Below, piece by piece: positions 1-11,345 of a stretch of DNA of 64,000 nucleotides (its first letter is position 1; every line of letters begins with the position of its first letter). Below the pieces are notes generated by a model. That model worked only from the letters and a program-made list of their open reading frames with translations. It had not been told where the DNA came from and made no database searches. A program made the translations under genes and the position numbers. The stretch is from the human T2T-CHM13v2.0 reference genome, Homo sapiens. Where the stretch lies: assembly GCF_009914755.1 (NCBI RefSeq), contig NC_060927.1. One strand, 5' to 3'.

Positions 1-300
1 AATAGGACTTCATTGGATGAAAGTATTGGAGTGTACCCTGTCAGCAAAGATCATCTATCCACTTTAAGAGTGGCAGTTTAGGAATAGCACCAGGCGATAT
101 TAGCTGTGATGGCTTGGAGAAACAGTGTAAACAGGCAGTGTAAACAAGAGCAGGACATTTATGAGTAGTTGAGAACAGTGAATAGGAGTATGACTAGACA
201 GAAGACAGTAGGGATGACAAGTTTTTGGGGTGCAGTCCAAGTTGGGCTGGTGTCTGGAATGAGACTGGGGCCTAAAAAAGAGGAGTGTCCATACAGGAGC

Positions 301-2460
301 TCAAATGCGCTGTACCCTCGTAGCATCCTGAGGGCAGACCCAAGTTCTGAGAAGGGCAAGTGGTAAAAGTATTGTCCAGTCCTTTCTAAGTTGGAAACTG
401 AACTTGGTGAGGTGTGTTTTTAAAAGACCATTAGTCCATTTTACCTTTCCTGAAGACTGAGGACCGTAAGGGGTCTGAAGGTTCCACTGAATACCAAGAG
501 CCTGAAAAACTGCTTGGGTGATTTGACTAGTAAAGGCCTGTCCGTTATTGGACTGTATAGAGGTGGGAAGGCCAAACTGAGGAATTATTTCTGACAGAAG
601 GGAAGAAATGACCGTGGTGGCCTTCTCAGACCCTGTGGGAAAGGCCTCTACCCATCCAGTGAAAGTTTCTACCCAGACCAAGAGGCATTTTAGTTTCCTG
701 ACTCAGGGCATGTGAGTAAAATTAATTTGCCAGTCCTAGGCAGGGGCAAATCCCTGAGCTTGATGTATAGGGAAGGGAGGGGGCCTGAACAATCCCCGAG
801 GAGGAGTAGAATAGCAGATGGAACACTGAGAAGTGATTTCCTTGAGGATAGATTTCCACGATGGAAAGGAAATGAGAGGTTCTAAGAGATGGGCTAGTGG
901 CTTGTAACCTACATGGAAGAGGCTATGAAATGACAACAGAATAGAATGGGCCTGTGAGGCTGGAAGGAGATATTTTCCTTGGTCTAAGAACTATTTGCCT
1001 TGTATGGGAAGAGATTGATAGGTGGAAGTTTCAGTGGGGGAGTAGGTGGGAGTGACTGATGAGAAGGAGAAAAACTGGTCGTGAGGGACAGAAGTTGGAA
1101 AGCTAGCTGCTTCTTTAGCTACCTTATCAGCATAAGTATTGCCCTGAGCAATGGGATCTGATGCCTTTTGATGGCTCTTCCAGTGAATGACTCCAACTTC
1201 CTTTGGAAGTAAAGCAGCCTTGAGAAGAGTTTTTATTAAAGAGGCATTGATGATGGAGGACCCTTGCATAGTGAGGAAACCTCTTTCTGCCTATATAACA
1301 GCATGGTGGTGCAGGATATGGAAGGCATATTTAGGGTCAGTATAAATATTGATGTGTAGTCCTTTTGCAAGAGTGAGGGCTCAAGTTAAGGCAATGAGTT
1401 CGGCTTGTTGAGAGGTAGTGGAGGGGTCAGAAAGTATATGTGTCAGATGTGAGGAAGAAAATAGATTTTGGAAGTTATGAGAACTGTAGAGAGTGAGTTG
1501 AGCATAGTTTGTGATTTTGAGGGCCTCTAAAAGTATTAGGGCAGTGGCAGCCACCGCGCGGAGACATGATGGCCAGCCTAAAACAGTAAGGTCAAATTGT
1601 TTGAACAAAAAGGCTACAGGGTGTGGTCCGGCTCTTGTGTAAGAATTTTGACCACACAGCCCTGCACTTCAGCTGTGTGTAATGAAAAAGGGTTGGAATG
1701 AGTTAGGGAGAGCTAGTGTGGGAGTAGTCTCTAAAGCTGTCTTCAAGGAACAGAAAGAGGAGTGGGGAAAGGATTTAGGATCTACGGGGTCAGCTAGGTT
1801 TCCTTTTGTGGGTTTTTATAACGTTTTTGTTAGGATGGCAAAACCAGGTATCTAAAGGCAAAAGCACCCAACCATGCCCAGGAAGGAAAGGAGTTGTTGT
1901 TTTGTAGAAGGGGTTGGGGTTTCAGAGATCAGTCGGACATGATTGGCAGGAAGAGCACGTGTGTTTTTGTGAAGAATTATGCCGAGATAGGTAATGGATT
2001 AGGCTTGACTGAAGTAATGGGGGCTGTCTGCGAAGCCTTGTGGCAGTACAGCCCAGGTAAGTTGCTGAGGCTGATGGGTATCAGGGTCAGTCCAAGTGAA
2101 ATCAAAGAGAGGCTGGGATGAAGGGTGCAAAGGAATAGTAAAGAAAGCATGTTTGAGATCCAGAACAGAATAATTGGTTGTGGAGGGAGGTATTGAGGAT
2201 AGGAGAATATATGGGTTTGGCACTACGGGGTGGATAAGCAAAATAATTTGGTTGATAAGGTGCAGATCCTGAACTAACTTGCAAGACTTGTACAGTTTTT
2301 GGACAGCTAAAATGGGGAATTGTAAGGAGAGTTTATAGGCTTTAAAAGGCCATGCTGTAACAGGTGAGTGATAACAGGCTTTAATCCTTTTAAAGTGTGC
2401 TGTGGGATGGGATATTGGCATTGAACGGGGTAAGGGTGATTAGGTTTTAAAGGGATGGTA
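301..2460 (-). pseudogene. pol: HERV-H pol remnant (RT, RNase H, integrase) with internal deletions and frameshifts
   Basis: RT: LDLKHAFFTIPL...LPQGFADSPHYF, with no YxDD following. RNase H: QQAELIALT and HWKSHQK...GNTYAD. Integrase: WVEAFPT...FGLPTSIQSNNG...PQSSGKV. Confidence 0.93.
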
Positions 2461-2559
2461 AGGGGTACATGATCGGTTGCCAAGGAGGGAGTAGAGGTGT
2501 CCCATACCTGTGTATTAAGGTAGGGAGATACAAGGGGAGAATGCGAAGGAGGCTTTGAA

Positions 2560-2875
2560 CTGGGGAAAAGGGCAGCAATGAGGTGTGACTGTAGCCTAGG
2601 AATAGTCAGGGAAGCAGATAATTTAGTTAAAATGTCTCAACCTAATAAGGGAACTGGGCAGGTGGGGATAATTTAAAAAGAGTGCATAAAAGAATGTTGT
2701 CCAAGTTGGCACCACAGTTGGGGAGTTTTAAGAGGTTTAAAAGCCTGGCTGTCAATACTCACAACAGTTATGGAGGCAAGGGAAACAGGCCCTTGAAAAG
2801 AAGGTAATGTGGAGTGGGTAGCCTCTGTATTGATTACGAAGGGGACGGACTTACCTTCCACTGTAAGAGTTACTG
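2560..2875 (-). pseudogene. pro: HERV-H protease remnant
   Basis: EGKSVPFVINTEATHSTLPSF, with the aspartyl protease DTG replaced by NTE. Confidence 0.85.
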
Positions 2876-2922
2876 AAAGTGTCTGTGATGGTCCAGGAGG
2901 CTTCCGAGGTGATGGGGCAGCA

Positions 2923-4340
2923 TCAGCCTTCAGCCACTAAGCCGAGAAGATCTGGGAAGGAGTCAGTCAGAGAGCCTTGGGCCAGAGTTCCAGGAGCTCT
3001 GGTAGTGGCTGCAGGGTGAGTTGGACAGTCCGATTTCCAGTGGGGTCCTGCACAGATGGGACATGGCTTAGGAAGAATCCCAGGCTGTGGGCATTCCTTG
3101 GCCCAATGGCCAGATTTCCAGCACTGAAGTAAGATCCTGGGGGAGGAGGTCCTGAAGGAATGCTTGACCACTGTGGTTTAGGCATTTTGAAGTTCTTGTG
3201 TGCTGGAGATGTGGCTGGGGTTTTTCTCACAGTGGAGGCAAGGAATTGCAACTCAGAAATATGTTGCTACTTGGCTGCCTCTACTCTATTATTGTACACC
3301 TTGAAAGAGAGGTTAATTAAATCCTGTTGTGGGGTTTGAGGGCCAGAATCTAATTTTTGGAGCTTTATTTAATGTCGGGAGTGGATTGGGTAATAAAATG
3401 CGTATTGAAAATAAAACAGCCTTCTGACCCTTCAGGGTCTAGGGTTGTAAAGCATCTCAGGGTTGCTGCCAAATGAGCCATGAACTGGGCTGGGTTTTTA
3501 TATTTAATGAAAAAGAGCCTAAACGCTAACTGATTTGGGAGAGGTTGGATAAAGAAAAAGAAGCATTAACCTTGACTATGCCTTTAGCTCCAGCCACCTC
3601 TTTAAGAGGAAATTGTTGGGCAGGTTGGGAAGGGCTAGTTGCAGAATGAAACTGTAAGCCAGACCAGGTGTGAGAAGTGGAGGTGATAGAAGGATTATAG
3701 GGTGGGGGAGCGGAGGCAGAGGAAGAATTGGAGCCTGATTCAGCCTGGCAGGGAGTCACCTGAGGAGGAGCAGTCTGGGGAGGAGGGGAGAAGTCAGATG
3801 GGTCGGTAGAAAAGGAAGATTGAAAAGACTCAGCGATGCTTGGGGTTGGGACTGAGGGGACAGGCGGGAGGGAAAGAAGGAGGTTTTGGGATCATTCGCA
3901 TTGGGAACAGAGACTAGGGAGGGACTGATGTGTAAAAGAATGCCTGGACGTCAGGCACCTCAGACCATTTGCCCATTTTACGACAAGAATTATCTAGATC
4001 TTGTAGGATGGAAAAATCGAAAGTGCCATTTTCTGGCTATTTGGAACCATTGTGGAGTTTGTATTGGGGTTAAGCGGCATTGCAGAAGAAAATAAGTCAT
4101 TTAGGTTTTAGGTCAGATGTGAGTTGAGGAGGTTTTAAGTTCTTGAGAACACAGGCTAAGGGAGAAGAAGGAGGAATGGAGGGTGGAAGGTTGCCTATAG
4201 TGAAGGAGGCAAGCCCAGAGAAAAGAGAGGGTAGAGATGTGGAGAGAAGGGGTGGGGGGTTCTTGCCCCCCATGAAAGTGGTGCTTGCCACTAAGGGTGA
4301 AGGATCAAGGGAGGTGTCCCCGCGGTGATCAGACACCTCT
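2923..4340 (-). pseudogene. gag: HERV-H gag remnant, frameshifted
   Basis: Fragments MGNLPPSIPPSSPLACVLKNL-like N-terminus, PPPY late-domain motif (ASAPPPYNP), and nucleocapsid knuckles [11 protein letters not shown] and [13 protein letters not shown]. Confidence 0.9.
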
Positions 4341-4588
4341 GAAACGTGGGTGAATAATCAAGCATGCGTCCCCGCAGTGATTAATGACCAAGGGAAGACT
4401 GTCTTCCCGAGTCTGTGACCGGTGCCACTTTTGGGTTCACGGATAAAACGCATCTCCTCTGTCTCTACCAGAGAAGGAAAAGAACTGAAATTAAGAGAAC
4501 GGAGAGATTGAAGGATGGCACCAAGATTGAAAGGAGAAAGAGATTGAGGGATAGTGAGAGAGGTTGGAGAAGAGAGTAAAAAGAGGCT

Positions 4589-4597
4589 GCTTACCTG
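4589..4597 (-). promoter_or_regulatory. HERV-H leader major splice donor CAG|GTAAGC
   Basis: Reverse complement of gcttacctg, ~145 nt downstream of the LTR, at the position of the known HERV-H leader donor. Confidence 0.8.
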
Positions 4598-4720
4598 ATT
4601 TAAAATTGGTGAGATGTTACTTGGGCTGGTTGGTCTGAGAACGAGAGATTGTAGGTGGATCTTTCTCATGGAGCAAAGACCAGGAGGACAGGGGATTGAT
4701 CTCCCAAGGGAGGTCCCCTG

Positions 4721-4738
4721 ATCCGAGTCATAGCACCA
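4721..4738 (-). other. Primer-binding site complementary to tRNA-His
   Basis: Minus strand reads TGGTGCTATGACTCGGAT versus canonical TGGTGCCGTGACTCGGAT (CG>TA change), immediately downstream of the LTR. Confidence 0.93.
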
Positions 4739-4740
4739 AA

Positions 4741-5174
4741 TGTCATGCACGTCCGTGTGAAGAGACTATCAAACAGGCTTTGTGTGAGCAATAAAGCTTT
4801 TTAATCACCTGGGTGCAGGCAGGCTGAGTCCGAAAAGAGAGTCAGCAAAGGGAGATAGGGGTGGGGCCATTTTATAGGATTTGGGTCGGTAGTGGAAAAT
4901 TACAGTCAAAGGGGGTTTTTCTCTTGCAGGCAGGGGCGGGGGTCACAAGGTGCTCAGTGGGGGAGCTTCTGGGCCAGGAGAAGGAATTTCACAAGATTAA
5001 TCGCTCAGTTAAGGTGGCGCAGAAACAAATCACAATGGTGGAATGTCATCAGTTAAGGCAGGAACCGGCCATTTTCACTTCTTTTGTGATTCTTCACTTG
5101 CTTCAGGCCTTCTGGGTATATATGTGCAGGTCACAGGGGATACGATGGCTTAGCTTGGGCTCAGAGGCCTGACA
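4741..5174 (-). promoter_or_regulatory. 5' LTR of HERV-H (LTR7 family, resembling LTR7B/older LTR7), 434 bp
   Basis: TGTCA...TGACA termini. On the minus strand: TATAAAA at 4870-4876, GC/GT boxes at 4933-4942 and 4858-4866, CATTGT (SOX-type) at 5032-5037, ATTAAA at 4800-4805. Confidence 0.95.
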
Positions 5175-6873
5175 GTATACAGATGCAGAAACTTTGGAAG
5201 TGTACATAAGAAACCAGTAATAGTGCTTATTTGTTCAGAGGCTGGGAAAGTGAGTACAGATGGTCACAGGTGAGAATAAGATTTTTCTCTGAATCCCTTT
5301 TTATATTATTTTATTTTGTACTACTGATTCAAAAACTTACCCCCAAAATAAGATCTGGCAAATACCTTGCCTTTTCTAGGCAGCTCTAATTCATTCCATC
5401 AATTCTTGTTTTATTAAGTCATCATAGGGACTATGTGCCAAGCACAGAATTCTTTTCTGGCATCAGAATTGTACAATATTGACTTAAAAGTAATTGACCT
5501 AGAATACAGTACCACATGGTGCCAAAATACAAAAGGGTCTGTGTAATACTCAGTTCGAGAAAGGTAAGGTCCTTTTGGGTTTTGGGCCTCTCTGGCTCTC
5601 ATAGCCACTTCAGAACAGTGAGTTATAACCTTGTAACTTTCTGAATCCATCTACCAGGCTATAAAACTCCAGGGATCTGGTGAGCCAGGCTACTTGGGGC
5701 CAGGAATTGGGCGAGTCAATCCATGACTAGGATACAGAGTTAGCAAATAAGGGATTGGCCAGGATTCCCACTCTGAATTTCTTTCTCTCTTCCCCTGGCC
5801 TCAATGATCTACCCTGACCACTTACCTCTATAGACCCCTATGAGTGCTGACATTGTGTAAGGGTCAAAAGAGAGAAATAGGGAGGAAGTCAGACTGAGAG
5901 GGAGAAAATTGGCATTTGCAGGTTCTACATACATGAGTGGTATTTTTAATTAATGAGATTTTTGGAGACACTTTCATTAAAACCATTTTTATATTTTTAG
6001 GCTTAAATTTTTTGAAAAGTTAAATTCTAGGCAAAGAGGCCCAGATCCTTTCAAATAGGGCAAGTTGTGGCTGAAGACCAATTACCTGCATGCAGAGGGC
6101 AGAAGACGGAAGGGAGCAGGCAAGCTTGGAATAAATGAGATTCCATTCCAATTAAATGAGGAGTCTCAGAAGCACCTCCCACAAGCTAGAATTACTGTGA
6201 TGCCTGTTGATGTTTTAATCTCTTCTTTTCTGTCGGGTGAGAGGCATATAAAGAATCAGAGAAATAAGGAAGGCCAGTCACTTGAGAAACCACATAAGCT
6301 TTTTTTTTTTCTTTATAATTTTTAAGCATAAAGAGGCTGACTGAAATTGAGATGCGATTACTATACAAATGGCCTGAGAAGAACAAAGGCAACGGTGGTT
6401 TTGACAACTGACCATGGTGGATAAGATTTTAATTATTTAAAGAAATCCTAGAAAATCTTAAAAAAGAATCAGATGGAAAGAGAATCACTCAAGCTTTGAA
6501 AGGAAACCTAAGGTTAAAATTAACAAGGCACATTAAGAGCTGAAGATGAGTTAGAATAATACCCGATTTTACCTGGTATTTACCCTAGGTTTTCCTCTAA
6601 AATTGAGCATCTTGTTTAAAGAGAGTATTTCTTCATATTTCTAGATTTTTTTGTTTAATAGAGAATTCTACCTTGGAGGAAGCCTGAGTAGAAAATTTTG
6701 TTAAATTTGGTGACTGACTTAATCATGCCTTTGGGAAGACTAGCTATTCAGACCTTGCAGCTATAACTTAGACATCCTTCTGAAAAGGATGACAGCATCT
6801 GCCCCCAAAATAAAGAATTCAAATAGTGGGCAGAGTATCGGGAGAAACTTAGAGGCCACTGAAGTGTTAGCAT

Positions 6874-6975
6874 AAACATGCAAATCTGCAAAATAACCTT
6901 GGTATTTTGCCAAGATTATTTTGCAGATTTGCATGTTTGCAAGCAACAGATATATACCATTTTGTATCTGTTGCT
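6874..6975. repeat. Two adjacent inverted repeats (31-bp arms with 3-nt loop; 11-bp arms with 12-nt loop)
   Basis: 6874-6904 versus 6908-6938 are reverse complements with 2 mismatches; 6942-6952 versus 6965-6975 are perfect reverse complements. Confidence 0.95.
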
Positions 6976-7139
6976 CAGAGGACAGCACTAAAATTGGCTC
7001 TTTAGGCAGATGCAGCTTTCAAAACAAGAATTAGATTTTAGGTCTTCAGAGTCTCAAAAACAAGAAAGGCAAACAAAACTTAGAGATGATTGTTGAAATA
7101 TATTTAATATTTTACTTTTGCAACTTGAAAGCTAGTGAC

Positions 7140-7437
7140 TTTTTTTTTTTTCTTTGAGATGGAGTCTCCCTCTGTCGCCCAGGCTGGGGTGCAGTGGCAC
7201 AATCTCAGCTCACTGCAACCTCCACCTCCTGGGTTCAGATGATTTTCCTGCCTTAACCTCTTGAGTAGCCGGGGTTACAGGTGTGCACCACCATGCCTGA
7301 CTAATTCTTGTATTTTTAGTAGAGATGGGGTTATACCATGTGGGCTAGGCTGGTCTCAAACTCCTGACCTCAGGTGATCCACCTGTCTTGGCCTCCCAAA
7401 GTGCTGGGATTACATGCGTGAACCACCGTGCTTGGCC
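7140..7437 (-). mobile_element. AluS (Sx/Sz-like), full length
   Basis: Alu dimer with poly-T at left; TSD aaagctagtga at 7128-7138 and 7439-7449. Confidence 0.95.
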
Positions 7438-9242
7438 AAAAGCTAGTGATTTTTATCTTTGCATTATTTTAATAAAGTAATTTTCAAAAGTTTTAAATGA
7501 CATTGGAGCTCAGTTTGCAAGTTTATCTTCTATAGAATCTTACATACATAAACCAAAAACTAGAAATTTATTAGTTTTAACCTGTAAATTCACATTTATT
7601 ACAGTTTTTACTTAAAAATAGACTGTTGACAAGCTGATAATTTGAAAACAGAAGCTGTCATTATAATAGTAGTTATGACAGTTGTAGTCCTTTGTCAGCT
7701 TCAAGACTCATCTGATTTTTGTATGTTATTTTGTTTGCACAATAGGGAGAAAAATCTTAATTCACTAAATAGGAGCAAATAGCTTTCTAACACACTCATT
7801 TTGCATTCTTTGGGTACTGGATTACTTAACTGATTTTGAAACACCACAAAGAATGGTAGATTGTTTTCCTACATTTATTCATTAATACTTCTAACTACTG
7901 TTCACATAATTAAGTGTTCAAATTTCAGAGAAGTTGATAAAAAGATATAATCAATTCTTTTGGTAGAAAATGCTTTTAAACTGTATCTTATAATGTGATG
8001 GTAAGTGGTGTTTTAAAAAAATCTTGTATACTTCAATGTTTGTCTATAAAATATAGAGTCACTTAAAATTTCAAGTAGTAAAATGGATTTTGCTTTTCAT
8101 ATTAAGTCCAAAATTTTGTTTCATTACTAAGGATGGTATAACTACAACCTGAACAGCCTTACAAATGTTATTTATGTTGTAAAAATTACTGTCAAGACAA
8201 AGAAGCTGATGTAAAATGTATAATCAAATGTGACAGATATCACACTCATGAATAATTAATAAAAAGCCACGTATGAAAAGCTACATGTATTTCAAAAAAT
8301 TAATATTGCATTTATAAGAAGTTCAATTGTATGGAAAGAGATGTCCAAGCAAATATTATTTTGAAATTTGTGCCTGACAGCGAAAGATCAGGCATTAATG
8401 CTCTCCAATGTGTTAACATTTGGTATTTAGCACTTTTGAACAAGTTGGTTTGTGTGTTTGTGTGTTACAGTATAAATCACATCAAAAAAAGTATAAAGTC
8501 ATGTTTGAATTAAACAACATTGTGTGACTCCTGAAGCACATTTTGAAATAGCTTTTAAGATATCTCAATAGTAGAGTCAGAGTTTTGGGACTTAGGATTG
8601 GAAACAATTACTACAAGCCTAAAATCCTGAGCTTTCATGTTGGTGTATAAATCCCATAAATCTCTTAATCACTCCTAGGGCAAGCTTTCATCTAATTTTC
8701 CCAAGAGAGAGTTATCAGACAAATTCTTGGAGTTCAATTAGGGCATGTTGGAGCTCTTCAGAGGATAGGTTTCATATAATTCTAATAAATCAATATGAAT
8801 CCCAAGCTTGTATAATATAATTGTGTTAAATTCACTTCTTCAGAATGCTGTGCTATGACATTATGTCTTTAAATTGTTATCACAAAAGGCTGAATTTCTT
8901 TTCTAAAAAAAAGTAAAGTTAAACCTTCTATAAGTAAATAATAGGGCATTTTCTAAAGCTGTCTCACAGTGTATTTTTCTGGTTTGGTCTTTAGTTAATT
9001 TTACCACTGGTCTGTATCAACTAAAGGTATTTTATTTAAGATGTCACGAATAGTAATAATTACTGAAAAAGATATAGCACCTTAACTTAGGAGGCTGGTA
9101 ATCTGTCAGAAGCGTAAAAATCATTAACACATGTATCCTTTACATAACTGAATTCACTTAAAAGGCAAACTACCAGGGTCTATAATTATAGCCTGATTAC
9201 AACTTTCACTTCCTGTGTCAATTTCATGAAATGAAATCCATT

Positions 9243-9343
9243 CAGCGCACCAGCATGGCACATGTATACATATGTAACTAACCTGCACAATGTGCACATG
9301 TACCCTAAAACTTAAAGTATAATAAAAAAAATAAAAAAATAAA
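9243..9343 (+). mobile_element. Severely 5'-truncated young L1 3' end (L1HS/L1PA2-like) with A-tail
   Basis: CAGCGCACCAGCATGGCACATGTATACATATGTAACTAACCTGCACAATGTGCACATGTACCCTAAAACTTAAAGTATAAT followed by poly(A). Confidence 0.92.
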
Positions 9344-9704
9344 GTCAGCTCATAATAAAAAAAAATTGTCTTCATATCTCAGTTTGTTCTTCTTCCTGTT
9401 ACTGTACTTTAGAAGAGTAATAAACTCTATTTAGCAACTCCTTTCCAAAAGTAGGCAATGTAAAATAAGTCAGCTTCTTCTAAAGCATTCATGTAAATGA
9501 TTTTAGCCTTCCTCAGTCTTGACCTTTACTTACATTTCCCTCATTATGATAATTTTTCAAGCAATCTGTGAAAGATAATATCACAACTCTCACTTCCCCT
9601 AATTATAGGCTTGTTGTGAGAGCTGTATTTGCACTCTCCCACCTTCTTCCTGTTTTGTCCTTATGTTAATCTGTGAAAGAACTAATGGGCATAAATCCTT
9701 TAAA

Positions 9705-9801
9705 AATTATTTAATTCTGGTAAAAATACTTCACATGAGATCTACCCTCTTAGCAAATATTTAAGTGTACAATTATAGTTGACGATAGGTACGATGTTGT
9801 A
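9705..9801 (-). mobile_element. L1MA-type 3' end fragment
   Basis: catgagatctaccctcttagcaaat...taagtgtacaat resembles old L1MA 3' termini in reverse. Confidence 0.6.
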
Positions 9802-10906
9802 TTTGCATTTTTTTGTCTCTGTATTCTATTGACCAAGCTAGGCTCCTGAAGTGGTGTAGCACTATCTGGCATGGTGGATAGTGACATGAGAAGCCAAAAA
9901 TGACTTCAGAAAGAGGGTAATTCAGAGGACTCATTAGCTTAGGTGCGAGGGAGACACACTACTGCATTGGAGTTGCATACAACTAAAGGGTTTGCTGGAC
10001 AGCCAGATTTAGTCAGGCAAGTTCTGCCTTCTTGTTCAGATATGTTTTAGCTGGATAGAAAACACTTAAGAAATATCTATTAAGTAAATCCATTCACATA
10101 ACCAGATATGGGAAAAAGCTGTGTTAGCATGTTCCTGGTATTGTAGAAACCCCATTTTTCACCAATGTACAAATAGAAGGCTCTGCTAAATAACTAATTA
10201 TTACTTACTGCTATCCTAATAAAGGATAAGAAGAATGCCCATTTATCCAAGTGGGAAAAATTGAAATAATTATTTATTCTTGTTTTTGGAGTGTACTTAT
10301 ACATATATACTTGAGTGTGACTTTCATTCTGGAAACTCACATTGCTTAAAAAAAATTAAGCCACATTAAACTGAAGTTAAATAGTAGTCAAACTACGATT
10401 ATCTGACTCAAGTGACAACACATTTATCTTTTTCCCATTCTTTCTTTGCTGATCAGTTCTTCAGTTCCAATATAGCTCCCCGTTGACTGCAGCAAAGCAA
10501 CAGCCTTGATAGAGTTGATTTTTTTCTTCCATTTACTATTTCCCATCTTACTTATCACATAGGAAAAAAGAAGTGCTTTGCCATATATTGCAACTTCCAG
10601 AAAAACAAAATCTTCTTTATTTACATTAGAAAGCCCTGAAATAAGTGGAGCAGGTGAAATTGTCACAAAATTTGAAGGCATGAGTTAGCATGGTTAATCA
10701 GACATTCTATTCAAAGGTAAGGCACATAGGCTGTCTCATCTTTGACAGGAAGTATAGAGGACTAATGATTTTATCCATTCTTTCTCCCTCATTTTGCTTC
10801 ATGCAATATACAAAAAATGATTCAGGTGGGTGAAAGACTTACATGTGAAAAGCAAAGCTTCTACGCAATTTTTTAAAAGGAGTTAGGGGAATATTTTTGT
10901 GTCATT

Positions 10907-11345
10907 TGCTAAGATTTGGTTGTTTGACCCCTCCAAATCTCATATTAAAATGTGATTCCTAATAAGGTGTTTGAGTCATGGGAGTGGATCCCTCATGAAT
11001 GGCCTGGTGTTATCCTTGAGATAATGTGTGAATTCTTGTTCTATTAGTTCCCATAAGAACAAAAAAGAGCCTGGTGAAAAAATAAAATAAAAATAAAGAT
11101 AAAAAAGAGCCTGGAACATCCCTGCCACCCCGTTGCTTCCTCTCTTTCCATGTGTCTCTGCACATGCCAACTCCCCTTCACCTTCCATTATGAGCGGAAG
11201 CAGCCTGAAGCCCTCACCAGAAGCAGATGCTGATGCCATGCTTCTTGTACAGGCTGTGAAACTGTGAGCGAAATAAGCTCTTTTTCTTAACAACTTACCC
11301 AGTTTTAGGTATTCCTTTATAGCAATACAAACATGGATTTAGATA
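10907..11345 (+). mobile_element. MaLR solo LTR (MSTB-like), inserted in an old L1
   Basis: ttgtttgacccctccaaatctcat...ccctcaccagaagcagatgctgatgccatgcttcttgtacag...ttcctttatagcaatacaaa. Confidence 0.85.

Larger units (their letters stand above)
1..5174 (-). mobile_element. HERV-H endogenous retrovirus, defective; 5' LTR, leader, gag, pro, pol; runs off the left edge of the window
   Basis: Minus-strand ORF fragments show retroviral order: gag zinc knuckle, protease, RT, RNase H, integrase. The LTR begins TGTCAGGCCTCTGAGCCCAAGC and is followed by a tRNA-His PBS. Confidence 0.97.

Noticed and set aside
5826-5893. Possible 68-bp minus-strand exon (ctccctctcag| ... GAG|GTAAGT) upstream of the LTR
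   Set aside because: Splice-like motifs are common and there is no independent support.
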